Source: an uncultured Rikenella sp. (GTDB lineage Bacteria; Bacteroidota; Bacteroidia; Bacteroidales; VadinHA17). From it: DNA of 64,000 nt. How positions within the stretch are numbered: position 1 is the first letter of the stretch; every line of letters begins with the position of its first letter. Location: NCBI GenBank assembly GCA_964635655.1, contig CAZWOC010000016.1:28120-92119 (forward strand). The letters are read 5' to 3'. Both the position numbers and the translations under genes were made by a program. This document shows positions 21,419 to 30,935 of this stretch, piece after piece. The notes below the pieces were generated by a model. It was not told where the DNA came from and did not search any database. It worked only from the letters and a program-made list of their open reading frames with translations.

Positions 21419-21446
21419 ATGAGCCCGGGGATTCGGGCTCATTTTT
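21419..21446. terminator. Strong hairpin terminator, probably bidirectional
   Basis: Perfect 9-bp stem ATGAGCCCG/CGGGCTCAT with a 6-nt loop. It is followed by TTTT on the plus strand and by a TTGCTTTT tract on the minus strand, downstream of the response-regulator gene. Confidence 0.65.
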
Positions 21447-21634
21447 GTGGCCGCTTTTGATGCGGACCTGGGGGGAAGAACTGCTTCATACGGATATGGC
21501 TTGATTGAGAAATTCAATTACCATATCACAGTGTAAAAATAACTCAAATGATTATCAGGTCTGCACTGTCAGCCGTCTCAACCAACAGATTGTTATCCTG
21601 AAACGACAGACCGCCCCGGCAATCCAACAGAATT

Positions 21635-22378
21635 CTATTTTCCTGAAAATCTTTTTACAAATTCGTTCTTGTATGAGTCTCCGAGAAAGGCCTTGAGCCC
21701 CTCCGAGAGGAGTATTTCTCCCTGCCTTGTGTATCCGGTGACATGGTCCAGGCTGACGAGCCATGAGTGATGCACACGCAAAAAATCCTGATCCTCGAGA
21801 AGACCGTCGAAATGCTTCAGATTTTTGGAACTGACCACCTTCCGGTTGCCTGACAGGAAAAGAATTGTGCAATAGCCGTCAGCCTGGCACATTATTATGT
21901 CAGCCACCCTTAGTACTTCAAATCCCCTGACATTCGGGATTATCAGGGTTGACTGCTTCGGCGTGTTGTTTTTCAGGTTGGCCAACAGCGAGTTGATTAT
22001 CTCAGAGCTGAGACCGGGTGTGCTTGCTGACCTGACTCTTGCCACTGCCTCGATCAGCTCATCTATCTTTACAGGTTTCAGCAGGTAATCGAGTGCGCTG
22101 AATCTGAAAGCTTTGATCGCATATTCTGAATAAGCAGTCACAAAAATGATCTTGAAATCGATTTTGCCGAATGCGTTAAGGAGATCAAACCCGGTGCCGT
22201 CAGGCATCTCAATGTCAAGAAAGACAAGGTCGGGAGTTGTCTTCTGGATCGCACTCATAGCTGTTTTTAAAGTAGATGCCTGCGCCACCACTTCGACATC
22301 AGGGCAGTATTCGTTCAGGTAATTCGCAATTACATCCCTGGCCAGTTTTTCATCGTCAACAATTACAGCCCGTATCAT
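21635..22378 (-). CDS. LytTR-family response regulator
   Basis: Receiver domain (IVDDE..., phospho-acceptor context DLVFLDIEMPDGTG). The C-terminal LytTR DNA-binding region includes FLRVHHSWLVSLDHV. Confidence 0.9.
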   Translation of the reverse strand: MIRAVIVDDEKLARDVIANYLNEYCPDVEVVAQASTLKTAMSAIQKTTPDLVFLDIEMPDGTGFDLLNAFGKIDFKIIFVTAYSEYAIKAFRFSALDYLLKPVKIDELIEAVARVRSASTPGLSSEIINSLLANLKNNTPKQSTLIIPNVRGFEVLRVADIIMCQADGYCTILFLSGNRKVVSSKNLKHFDGLLEDQDFLRVHHSWLVSLDHVTGYTRQGEILLSEGLKAFLGDSYKNEFVKRFSGK

Positions 22379-22429
22379 TTTCAGTTTAGTTAGGAGTAAA
22401 AAAATCGTTCATCTGTACCTGGTCTGATG

Positions 22430-25400
22430 TCATGGGATAATCGGAATATCAATTTCCACCCTCGTGCCTGTCTCCGGACGGTCAGACCAGATATCGGAGA
22501 AAGTAATCCGGCAGTCAGTCAGCAGGATATTGTTTATGATTTTAAGTCTCTCGGTTGCAAGGGCAATTCCCCTTGATTTTTTCGGCAGGGTCTTGTCTTT
22601 CATTGCTTCGGACCGGGTTCTCCCCACCCCGTCATCCTCAACTGTGCATTTGAGTGCTGAGTCCTTCATAAAAAACCTTATTCTGATCAATCCTTTGCGT
22701 CCGTTAAGACCCATTACACCATGCCAGATTGCATTTTCCACAAAAGGCTGAACCAGACCCGGTGAAACCTTTACGACATCTGCCATGACCTCCTCCTCTG
22801 TCTCAATAGAATAATCAAACTTATCACCGAACCTGAGATGCTCAATCTTAAGATAATCTTCAAGAGAATCTATTTCAACACTTAGTCTTACGAAATCTTC
22901 ATTCATATTATTCAGGACAGTCCGGATCAGTTTTGAGAAATCAGCAATATACCTGTTGGCCGAAAGCCGGTCATTATTCGAGATGAAGTAATTTATCGAA
23001 TTCAAAGCGTTAAAGATGAAATGAGGGTTCATCTGGGCTCTGAGAGCCTGGTGACGGAGCATATCCCTTTTCTGACGCTCACGCTGATTCAGCTGAGTGA
23101 TTATATTCCACGCCAGTACTGTTAAGAGTAAAATGACCAGGAAAGGCAATACCACCCTGAAAAGTGTTGTCTGGTAAAAGTAGGGTCTGATGCGGATAGT
23201 CAGGTCTCTGTTCAGGCTCCATGAGCCGTTTAAATCGGTGGCTTCAATTCTGAGGTTATACCACCCCGGCGACAATCCTGAAAAACTGATGTTCCTGTCG
23301 GTGTGATCAGTATGGTGCCAGTTGGCATCTTCTCCTCCCAGCCTGTACCTGTACCTTATTATTTCAGGATTACGGTATTCAGAAACCACAAATGACAGGT
23401 GAAAGTTGTCATCTCCCTTGTCAAGGAAGACAGTGTCCTTTTTATAGACAGGCTTGTCGAAAATTTTATTCATTCCTGACACGTCAAGTTCCTTGATAAT
23501 GATCTTTGGTTTTGTATGCCATCCGGTTCCGTGAAGGACTTTCAGGGGGTCAAACTCAACAGCTCCGCCCACACCACCGAAAAGAAACTGGCCGTCTTCA
23601 GTTATCCATGAGGCATCAGAGTTGAACTCATGTATCGGAAGCCCGTCGTTTTCACTGAATGACCTGATAAGCCCTGTTACCGGGTTGATCACCGACAAAC
23701 CCTTGTTGGTTGAAACCCACATGTTTCCTTCCGGGTCCCTGAGAATGTTGTATGTTGTATTGTTAGAGAGCCCTGTTGCGGTTGTATAAAATGTTCTTTC
23801 ACCGGTTGAGGGATTGAACCGGCAGACACCTGTCCCGAGAGTTGCGATCCATAGTTCCCCGTTCTCGTCCTCGCATATATCCTCATAATTTGTGACTCCC
23901 TGGGCCAGTTTCAGAAGCTCGTGCTCTCCGGTGTCAAGATTGTATCTGAGAAGGTAACTGTAACTGCATCCGGCCCAGAGGATATTCCCCTGCCTGTAAA
24001 AGGTGAAAATGTAGACAGAGTCCTGGATTGTGTACAGGCGTTTTGTTTCTCCCGTCAAGGGGTCATATTTTACTATTCCGTCATCACTTATCAGTATTTT
24101 TCCGTCCCTGTCATAGCATATAGTATGATTGATTTTGGCAGGATAATGTTTTTCAACCCGTCCGGTTTTGATATCGTAGTGCAGCAGCAATTTGTTGAAA
24201 TAACCAATCCAGATGGCCCCTGTGTCAGGCAGGAAGGCCCTGGGGTGCCATAGATCCTCTATTTCCTGTTCATTAAGGATGATTTTTTTCTCAGCTGTAC
24301 CATTACTGTCTATTCTTATAAGGTAATTTCTGTCCCTGGCGGCAATCCACAATGCCCGTTCTTCATCCCTGATTATTCCGAAGACGTTGAGGACACTTGA
24401 TTTTGCCGGAAAGGGATTTATATACCTGAACTCATGGGGAGTGAAAACTACCTTCACCACACCCGAAGGTGTCCCTCCCGATCCTGATTTTGAGAACCAG
24501 AGCAGACCGGGGTCCTGCATGAAGCAGGCTGAAGGAAGACCGCACGTCTCCGTGGGAATTGTGACTGTTGAATCTCTTCCGGGGAAACTTATATGCAATC
24601 CGGTATCATGATTGTAGAAGACCACCGGCCGGTCACCTGCAAACCTGATCCTCCCGAAATCATCGCCGTATTCGGTGAATCTGCAGGCAGCCTGATCATA
24701 CCGGAATAATCCGGTCATCGATGCGAGCCAGAGGTTGCCCAGGGTGTCGTTTACAATCGCACCATTCCCGACGAAGTTAAAAAAGGTTCCCACTCTCCCC
24801 GGAAGCCTCCTCAATTCATTCCTGCTTTTTATTGAAGCGTATCTTTCCCCGGTTGACCGGTCATTGCCCAGTTCAAGGCTTATTACATCAGAACCGGTCA
24901 GCCATGGGTCGCCGTTCTCGCTGAATATCAGGCTATAACTAAAAAATGGCATTGCCGGGTTTTCATCAGTGCCAGGTTTCCATGGGTAATAAAGTGTCTC
25001 TCTGGACACCGGGTGATACTTCAGTATGCCATGCTCCAGCACAATCCATATATAACCGTCGGGTCCGCTGTTGAAACATACCAGGTCATTTAACGAATGG
25101 CTGCCAATGGACTTTAACCGGCTGAATTTACCCGTGGAGCGGTTAAACAGGGTAAACATCGCGTTGTCAGTTGCCAGCCAGAGGTTGTCGTAGTTATCTA
25201 TGACCACAGTGCTGACGGCAAAGTAAGGTATTGTGTTACTGTCAGCGGGATCATGGAAATAATTGACGAAATCTGTCCCGTCATATCGGGTCAGACCGTC
25301 CCATGTAGCCATCCAGATGAAACCACTGCTGTCTGCCGTGATTGTTTTTACCAGGTCATGTCCGATGCCGTTCCCGGAGTTGTAATGTGTGATTACATAA

Positions 25401-25483
25401 CCCTGACCACTGGCGCAAGGCTTCAGACCTGTGAGCAGGATCGCCGTGCAGAACAGCAGTACTGAGCAGTGTGTCAGGCGCAT
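22430..25483 (-). CDS. Sensor histidine kinase: periplasmic beta-propeller repeats plus Y_Y_Y-type domain, TM segment, LytS/YehU-type kinase core
   Basis: 1017 aa with repeated WIAT/WLAT..GL propeller units. One TM segment (VVLPFLVILLLTVLAWNII) precedes the His-kinase motif LRAQMNPHFIFNALNSI and an HATPase region. It sits directly upstream of the LytTR regulator. Confidence 0.88.
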   Translation of the reverse strand: MRLTHCSVLLFCTAILLTGLKPCASGQGYVITHYNSGNGIGHDLVKTITADSSGFIWMATWDGLTRYDGTDFVNYFHDPADSNTIPYFAVSTVVIDNYDNLWLATDNAMFTLFNRSTGKFSRLKSIGSHSLNDLVCFNSGPDGYIWIVLEHGILKYHPVSRETLYYPWKPGTDENPAMPFFSYSLIFSENGDPWLTGSDVISLELGNDRSTGERYASIKSRNELRRLPGRVGTFFNFVGNGAIVNDTLGNLWLASMTGLFRYDQAACRFTEYGDDFGRIRFAGDRPVVFYNHDTGLHISFPGRDSTVTIPTETCGLPSACFMQDPGLLWFSKSGSGGTPSGVVKVVFTPHEFRYINPFPAKSSVLNVFGIIRDEERALWIAARDRNYLIRIDSNGTAEKKIILNEQEIEDLWHPRAFLPDTGAIWIGYFNKLLLHYDIKTGRVEKHYPAKINHTICYDRDGKILISDDGIVKYDPLTGETKRLYTIQDSVYIFTFYRQGNILWAGCSYSYLLRYNLDTGEHELLKLAQGVTNYEDICEDENGELWIATLGTGVCRFNPSTGERTFYTTATGLSNNTTYNILRDPEGNMWVSTNKGLSVINPVTGLIRSFSENDGLPIHEFNSDASWITEDGQFLFGGVGGAVEFDPLKVLHGTGWHTKPKIIIKELDVSGMNKIFDKPVYKKDTVFLDKGDDNFHLSFVVSEYRNPEIIRYRYRLGGEDANWHHTDHTDRNISFSGLSPGWYNLRIEATDLNGSWSLNRDLTIRIRPYFYQTTLFRVVLPFLVILLLTVLAWNIITQLNQRERQKRDMLRHQALRAQMNPHFIFNALNSINYFISNNDRLSANRYIADFSKLIRTVLNNMNEDFVRLSVEIDSLEDYLKIEHLRFGDKFDYSIETEEEVMADVVKVSPGLVQPFVENAIWHGVMGLNGRKGLIRIRFFMKDSALKCTVEDDGVGRTRSEAMKDKTLPKKSRGIALATERLKIINNILLTDCRITFSDIWSDRPETGTRVEIDIPIIP

Positions 25484-25594
25484 CGGTCGGTTATGTATGA
25501 TATATACAAAAATAGTAAAAAGATTATATCCGTCTTACCTGGTGCCGGCTGTATTAAAAGAGCCCGGCAACGCATCCTGAATGCCCCTAATTAC

Positions 25595-25602
25595 TATTTT
25601 TG
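25595..25602 (+). promoter_or_regulatory. Candidate -7 promoter element (TATTTTTG) upstream of uvrB
   Basis: Exact TAnnTTTG match, 60 nt upstream of the ATG at 25662. It lies inside the ORF-track 5' extension, which supports the downstream start. Confidence 0.4.
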
Positions 25603-25661
25603 CCTTACCGGCAGCAGAAAGACCGGGATATTCATCAGGTTACAACGTTTACAGCCACGAA

Positions 25662-27674
25662 ATGGAATTCAGCCTTGTATCAGACTTCACACCTTCCGGC
25701 GACCAGCCCGAGGCAATACGTCAGCTGACGGAAGGGCTGGTTCAGGGGATCCCGTTCCAGACACTACTCGGGGTGACAGGTTCGGGGAAAACATTTACAA
25801 TAGCAAATGTGATTGCACAGCTCAACAGGCCTGTCCTGGTGCTGAGCCACAACAAGACCCTGGCAGCACAGCTCTATGGTGAGTTCAGGGAGTTTTTCCC
25901 GCAAAATGCGGTTGAATATTTTGTGTCATACTACGACTATTATCAGCCGGAAGCCTATCTCCCGGTTACGGATACATATATCGAAAAGGACCTGGCTATA
26001 AACGATGAGCTTGAAAAACTCAGGCTCAGTGCCACTTCGTCACTCCTGTCGGGAAGGAGGGATGTAATTGTAGTGTCTTCAGTCTCGTGCCTGTTCGGTA
26101 TTGGTAATCCTGACGACTTCCGTTCGAACACAGTTCATGTTATAAAAGGGGCAAAGGTAAGCCGGACACTCATCCTCCGTAAGCTTGTAGACAGTCTTTA
26201 TTCACGTAATGAAATAGAATTCACACACGGCACCTTCCGTGTGAGGGGTGATACGGTTGATGTTTTCCCGGCATATGCCGATCTTGCACTGCGGATAGTC
26301 TTCTTCGGTGATGAGATCGAGGAAATATCCACCTTTGATCCGCTTTCAGGTCAGCATCGCGATGACCTTGATGAATATGTTATTTATCCTGCTAATCTTT
26401 TCGTCACCACGAGGGAACGGATTAACAGTGCTGTGTCACGAATCCAGGATGACATGGTTCTCCAGGCGAAGCACTTTCGTGATACCGGGCGCCCTGAAGA
26501 GGCAAAACGTATTGAGCAGAGGGTGCAGTATGACCTTGAGATGATCAAGGAACTTGGATACTGCAGCGGGATAGAAAACTATTCGCGGTATTTTGACGGC
26601 AGGGAGCCCGGCACCAGGCCATTCTGCCTGCTCGACTGCTTTCCGAAGGATTTCATCACCGTAATTGACGAAAGCCATGTCACAGTTCCTCAGATAAAAG
26701 CAATGTACGGTGGCGACCATTCAAGGAAGCAAACCCTGGTTGAGTACGGGTTCCGCCTGCCCTCTGCCCTTGACAACAGGCCGCTCAGGCTGGAAGAGTT
26801 TGAGGCACTGACGGGGCAGACAATCTATATGAGTGCAACCCCGGCAGAGTATGAGATGGTGAAGAGCGAAGGAGTATTTGTCGACCAGGTCATAAGACCT
26901 ACAGGGCTTCTTGACCCTTCAGTGGAGGTACGGCCAAGCCGGAACCAGGTAGACGACCTGATGGAGGAGATTAGGAACCGGGCGGCAAGAAATGAAAGGG
27001 TGCTTGTGACCACAATGACCAAGCGGATGGCTGAAGAACTGAATAATTACCTTGCCAGGTTCAATATCAAATCACGCTACATCCATTCTGATGTGGAGAC
27101 ACTTGAGAGAGTGGAAATTCTCGAGGGGCTGAGGTCAGGTGAGTTCGACGTGCTTGTCGGAGTAAACCTTCTACGTGAGGGGCTTGACCTTCCGGAAGTG
27201 TCACTTGTAGCTATACTTGATGCTGACAAGGAGGGATTCCTGAGGTCAGGAAGGGCGCTCACGCAGACTGCCGGCAGGGCGGCCCGTAACTTAAACGGTC
27301 TCGTGGTGATGTATGCTGACAGGATCACCGGATCAATGCAGGAGACGATCAATGAAACCAGGAGGAGGCAGGCAAAGCAGATGAAGTACAATGAAGAAAT
27401 GGGCATAACTCCCCGGCAGGTGGTGAAGAAGGGAGGAGCCATGCTTAAAGGCCTCAGCAATAAGGGTGTGGCAGTTCGCGCATATACCGGTCCGGAACGG
27501 GTGGATGTGGCAGCAGACCCTGTTGTCAGATACATGTCAAGGGAACAGCTTGAAAAAGCGGTGGAAAAGACCCGGAAAGCTATGGAAAAGGCTGCTGCTG
27601 CACTGGACTTTATTGAGGCAGCAAGGCTGCGCGATGAGATCGAGGGAATGAAAAGGCTCGCAACCGAAAGATGA
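25662..27674 (+). CDS. uvrB: Excinuclease ABC subunit B
   Basis: The start MEFSLVSDFTPSGDQP is the canonical UvrB N-terminus. Also present are Walker A GVTGSGKTFT, the beta-hairpin region YDYYQPEAY, helicase motifs, and a C-terminal UVR domain (FIEAARLRDEI). Confidence 0.97.
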   Translation: MEFSLVSDFTPSGDQPEAIRQLTEGLVQGIPFQTLLGVTGSGKTFTIANVIAQLNRPVLVLSHNKTLAAQLYGEFREFFPQNAVEYFVSYYDYYQPEAYLPVTDTYIEKDLAINDELEKLRLSATSSLLSGRRDVIVVSSVSCLFGIGNPDDFRSNTVHVIKGAKVSRTLILRKLVDSLYSRNEIEFTHGTFRVRGDTVDVFPAYADLALRIVFFGDEIEEISTFDPLSGQHRDDLDEYVIYPANLFVTTRERINSAVSRIQDDMVLQAKHFRDTGRPEEAKRIEQRVQYDLEMIKELGYCSGIENYSRYFDGREPGTRPFCLLDCFPKDFITVIDESHVTVPQIKAMYGGDHSRKQTLVEYGFRLPSALDNRPLRLEEFEALTGQTIYMSATPAEYEMVKSEGVFVDQVIRPTGLLDPSVEVRPSRNQVDDLMEEIRNRAARNERVLVTTMTKRMAEELNNYLARFNIKSRYIHSDVETLERVEILEGLRSGEFDVLVGVNLLREGLDLPEVSLVAILDADKEGFLRSGRALTQTAGRAARNLNGLVVMYADRITGSMQETINETRRRQAKQMKYNEEMGITPRQVVKKGGAMLKGLSNKGVAVRAYTGPERVDVAADPVVRYMSREQLEKAVEKTRKAMEKAAAALDFIEAARLRDEIEGMKRLATER

Positions 27675-27771
27675 GAGCCTCATTGCAGACAAGAAAACTG
27701 ACAATCTGCCGTTAGATAATTGTTTAGAATATTTCCGCGACGAGTGTCCGGCCAAAGACATATCTGCATGT

Positions 27772-28575
27772 ATGCGTAAAACTCTGTTACTGATAGTCAC
27801 GACAGCCATTCTGGTTACCGCCTGCACAAAGTTGCCCGAACCGGAGCCGGTTGACAATCCGAGGGTGGTCATACTGATGTACCACCGTATCACTGAAGGT
27901 GAGGCTGGCAACCTGTATGAAAGGAGTGCTGCTGAGTTTGAAAAAGACCTGGTTTACCTGCGTGACAACAATATCAGGGTAATCGACTTCAGTGAGCTGG
28001 AATCAGTTGTTTCCGGTGAAAGGGAACTGACCACCCATGCTGCAATCATAACTTTTGATGACGGTGACCATTCATGGTATACGCTTGCTGCCCCGTTGCT
28101 CAGGAAGTACAGGATGAAAGCGACATTCTTTCTCTGGACCTCACAAATGGGGAAGAACTCATTCCTTACCTGGGATGAGGTCGGAAGACTCAACAGCTAC
28201 ATGCTTGACGGCGGGGTCAGGCCGTTCACGTTCGGATCACATACAATGTCACACCGGTACCTGATGAATATGAAAGCAGCTCTTGGCGGAGGTGCATCTT
28301 TTTCCGAATTCCTTGATGAAGAGCTTGGCGGATCCAGGAGGCTGATTGAGAATAATATAGGCGGCACTGTGAATGCCCTGGCCCTCCCATACGGTGACGG
28401 AGCCGGTGATCCTGATATTATCGCAGCTGCCCGCCGGCACGGGTACAGGTATATCCGTACCTCGGAACGTAATGTGACGGGAACTCCCGCTGCTGATCTT
28501 TTCAGACTGCCCAGCCTCCCGCTCCTGGATGATACACAACAGGAACTTATCGGTGATTATTTAGGGATTCAATAA
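27772..28575 (+). CDS. Polysaccharide deacetylase (NodB-homology) family lipoprotein
   Basis: Lipobox (ILVTAC). NodB motif 1 ITFDDGDHSWY, with later His motifs (GSHTMSH). Confidence 0.8.
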   Translation: MRKTLLLIVTTAILVTACTKLPEPEPVDNPRVVILMYHRITEGEAGNLYERSAAEFEKDLVYLRDNNIRVIDFSELESVVSGERELTTHAAIITFDDGDHSWYTLAAPLLRKYRMKATFFLWTSQMGKNSFLTWDEVGRLNSYMLDGGVRPFTFGSHTMSHRYLMNMKAALGGGASFSEFLDEELGGSRRLIENNIGGTVNALALPYGDGAGDPDIIAAARRHGYRYIRTSERNVTGTPAADLFRLPSLPLLDDTQQELIGDYLGIQ

Positions 28576-28603
28576 TTGATTTTCCTGCTAACCCTTTTAA
28601 CCA

Positions 28604-29239
28604 ATGAGAAACAATAAAACCACAGAGTGCTGCCGGTTCAGATCTCACCCCTGGCACGGGATCGATATCGGGATATCTGCTCCTGAAATAGTTATGACCT
28701 ATGTCGAAATGGTTCCCACAGATACCGTAAAGTACGAGATGGACAAGGTCTCAGGATACCTGAAACTTGACAGACCTCAGCGCTATTCAAACGTAGTGCC
28801 TGCACTCTATGGCTTTATCCCCAGGACCCTGACAGGACAGGAAGTTGCTTCCAGAACAATGGAAAAGACAGGATTGGAAGCAATAAAGGGTGACGGTGAC
28901 GCCATGGATATCTGCATCCTGACCGAAAAGGATATCACCCACGGAGACATCCTCGTACAGGTCAGACCTATTGGTGGATTCAGGATGATAGACGGTAATG
29001 AGGCTGATGACAAAATAATTGCGGTCCTCTATAATGACGCAGTGTACGGCGGGTTCAGGGATATCAAGGATTGCCCGCAAATTGCAATAGAAAGACTCAG
29101 GCATTATTTCCTTACATATAAGGACCTTCCGGGGGAAAAGAGAATGGTGACAATTGCAGATGTGTACGATGCCGCGGAGGCAAGGGAGGTTATTAAACGC
29201 TCAATGGCAGACTATGCCATTGCGTTCCCTGAAATGTGA
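28604..29239 (+). CDS. ppa: Inorganic diphosphatase (family I-like)
   Basis: HPWHG N-terminal motif, acidic metal-binding cluster GDGDAMDICIL, VKYEMDK segment, and DDKIIAV. Confidence 0.8.
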   Translation: MRNNKTTECCRFRSHPWHGIDIGISAPEIVMTYVEMVPTDTVKYEMDKVSGYLKLDRPQRYSNVVPALYGFIPRTLTGQEVASRTMEKTGLEAIKGDGDAMDICILTEKDITHGDILVQVRPIGGFRMIDGNEADDKIIAVLYNDAVYGGFRDIKDCPQIAIERLRHYFLTYKDLPGEKRMVTIADVYDAAEAREVIKRSMADYAIAFPEM

Positions 29240-29371
29240 AAATCATCCTGACAACCACTGTTATGTCATCTGTATTATGGGTTTCCGTAGTTTCATTGAC
29301 GAACATACGTATAAGTTGATGACCGTGCATTTGTTTTTGATAAAGGGTTATGAACTGGTTTTCCTATAGTC

Positions 29372-29379
29372 TAATTTTG
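29372..29379 (+). promoter_or_regulatory. Candidate -7 promoter element (TAATTTTG) upstream of the SiaC-like gene
   Basis: Exact TAnnTTTG match, 53 nt upstream of the ATG at 29432. Confidence 0.4.
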
Positions 29380-29431
29380 TAAAGCATATTTTACCTTGTG
29401 GTAATTGTTTTAGATGGGAAGAACTAAAATA

Positions 29432-29893
29432 ATGGAAAAACTGACTGACTTAATCATCGAGAAGACGCCAAAGACGCCGCAAATAGAGCTGAAATACAGC
29501 AGCGGGGAGCTTTCAATTGCGGGCAGGTCACTGCCGGAAAATGCCACAAGGATTTATGAACCGGTGCTTGAATGGATAAGCAAGTATATAATACAGCCTC
29601 AACCGGTGACCAACCTGAGACTCAGTGTCGAGTATTTTAATACTTCCTCCTCTTTGTGGTTATCCAAGATAATGAAGACCCTTACCAGGATAAACAATCC
29701 TGATTACAGGTTGATGGTTCACCTGTATATTCCACTTGAAGAGTATGATGACATGAAACTCTACTCTGATGAGAGGGATACTTTCAACCCGATTACCGAA
29801 ATTCTCCAGGACTCCATCCCCGAAGTAAGTCTGAAGCTTTATGCCACAGATGACAGATCGAAGGTAATCCGCGACGCAATCGTACTGTTCTAG
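29432..29893 (+). CDS. DUF1987 / SiaC-like small regulatory protein
   Basis: LIIEKTPKTPQIELKYSSGELSIAGRSLPENATRIYEPVLEWISKY matches the remembered DUF1987 N-terminal pattern (T..TP.v.f....G.l.i.G.S.PEN....Y.P...W). The start is taken at the second ATG (MEKLTD); the ORF-track start is 29414. Confidence 0.65.
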   Translation: MEKLTDLIIEKTPKTPQIELKYSSGELSIAGRSLPENATRIYEPVLEWISKYIIQPQPVTNLRLSVEYFNTSSSLWLSKIMKTLTRINNPDYRLMVHLYIPLEEYDDMKLYSDERDTFNPITEILQDSIPEVSLKLYATDDRSKVIRDAIVLF

Positions 29894-30123
29894 AGAGAAT
29901 GCCTGTCAGGCAGCTGCTTCTGACAGCAGGTTATCTGAATTTTAGTCCACCAATACCCGCCATTAGTCAAAACCGGAACTCTTTTGACAAAAACCCTGTT
30001 TCGGGTTACGAGTTCCGCGTTTATTCAAGTGAACCGGCCGAACTTCATGACCAGACTTTTCACAGTGGCTCCAAGTGACCGTAAAATGAGACTTTGCGAT
30101 TTGTTTTACATTTCCTGTGCAAG

Positions 30124-30131
30124 TATATTTG
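30124..30131 (+). promoter_or_regulatory. Candidate -7 promoter element (TATATTTG) upstream of a small ORF and the lipoprotein gene
   Basis: Exact TAnnTTTG match, 34 nt upstream of the ATG at 30165. Confidence 0.35.
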
Positions 30132-30164
30132 GAATGAAAAGCATGCCAAAATAATCATAAGGGA

Positions 30165-30299
30165 ATGAAGACATATTACCAGATTTCATCGGATGCAACC
30201 GGGAAAGTGCTGCTCCGAAGGCGAAAAATAGCCAAGGCGCTTCGCTGGTGGCTGAATGAACACGGATATACATATAAGTATACGTTCTATTCGGCTTAG
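30165..30299 (+). CDS. Possible 44-aa basic, aromatic-rich small protein (hypothetical)
   Basis: Hand-translated ORF below the track's size cutoff: MKTYYQISSDATGKVLLRRRKIAKALRWWLNEHGYTYKYTFYSA. A promoter-like element sits at a suitable distance upstream. There is no homology evidence. Confidence 0.25.
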   Translation: MKTYYQISSDATGKVLLRRRKIAKALRWWLNEHGYTYKYTFYSA

Positions 30300-30364
30300 A
30301 TTTCAGGGTGAAGGTACAGTCTGAACCCGGATCCGGGATGTAAATGTATCAAACATGAAATGAG

Positions 30365-30763
30365 ATGACACTAAAAAACCTATTGTTACCGGCCTTATTA
30401 ATTGTGATCGCTTCCTGCAGCACTTCAAACAAGGCTGTCACCGAACCGGATGAGGACCGTTTATACGTCACCCGCATGTATATCGGTAATTATCAGGATT
30501 TCAGGCATACAGCACCGGAGCAGTTTGGCGATCCGCACCTGATCTGGATCAAGACTTCCAGTGACAGCACGTTTGGCAAAATATCAGCATACGGCAGGGA
30601 ATGCAGTTTCAACGAAGGGGAGCGGTTGTATCTGAGGAGGAAGTATGTCACACCGGGCATTTACGGTTACTGGATGTACCAGATCGAGAATGACTCCTCT
30701 GTCTTCTACCGCGTCTGCGAGTACCAGAATGACAAAAAGGTGCTTGTTCAGAGCTGGTACTGA
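30365..30763 (+). CDS. Small lipoprotein, unknown function
   Basis: Signal peptide with lipobox (LLIVIASC). 132 aa, with no recognisable motifs. Confidence 0.6.
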   Translation: MTLKNLLLPALLIVIASCSTSNKAVTEPDEDRLYVTRMYIGNYQDFRHTAPEQFGDPHLIWIKTSSDSTFGKISAYGRECSFNEGERLYLRRKYVTPGIYGYWMYQIENDSSVFYRVCEYQNDKKVLVQSWY

Positions 30764-30891
30764 ACGGCAATGTCATTTATTCCCTGATTCCGGGGGAAAT
30801 TCCTTATTTCTTACCTGTCTGCCAGTATCTGCCTGAGTTTCTTATGACAGCAGTCACGGTTAATTCTGATGATCCTGTCTGCGCTTAAAAA

Positions 30892-30929
30892 CAAAAACCC
30901 ACCCGCCTGATTCGGCGGGTGGGTTTTTT
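30892..30929. terminator. Bidirectional rho-independent terminator
   Basis: Perfect 10-bp stem CCCACCCGCC/GGCGGGTGGG with a 6-nt loop, flanked by an A-run (aaaaacaaaaa) on the left and TTTTTT on the right. It sits between the 3' end of tRNA-Pro (minus strand) and the lipoprotein gene (plus strand). Confidence 0.85.
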
Positions 30930-30935
30930 GCTCAG

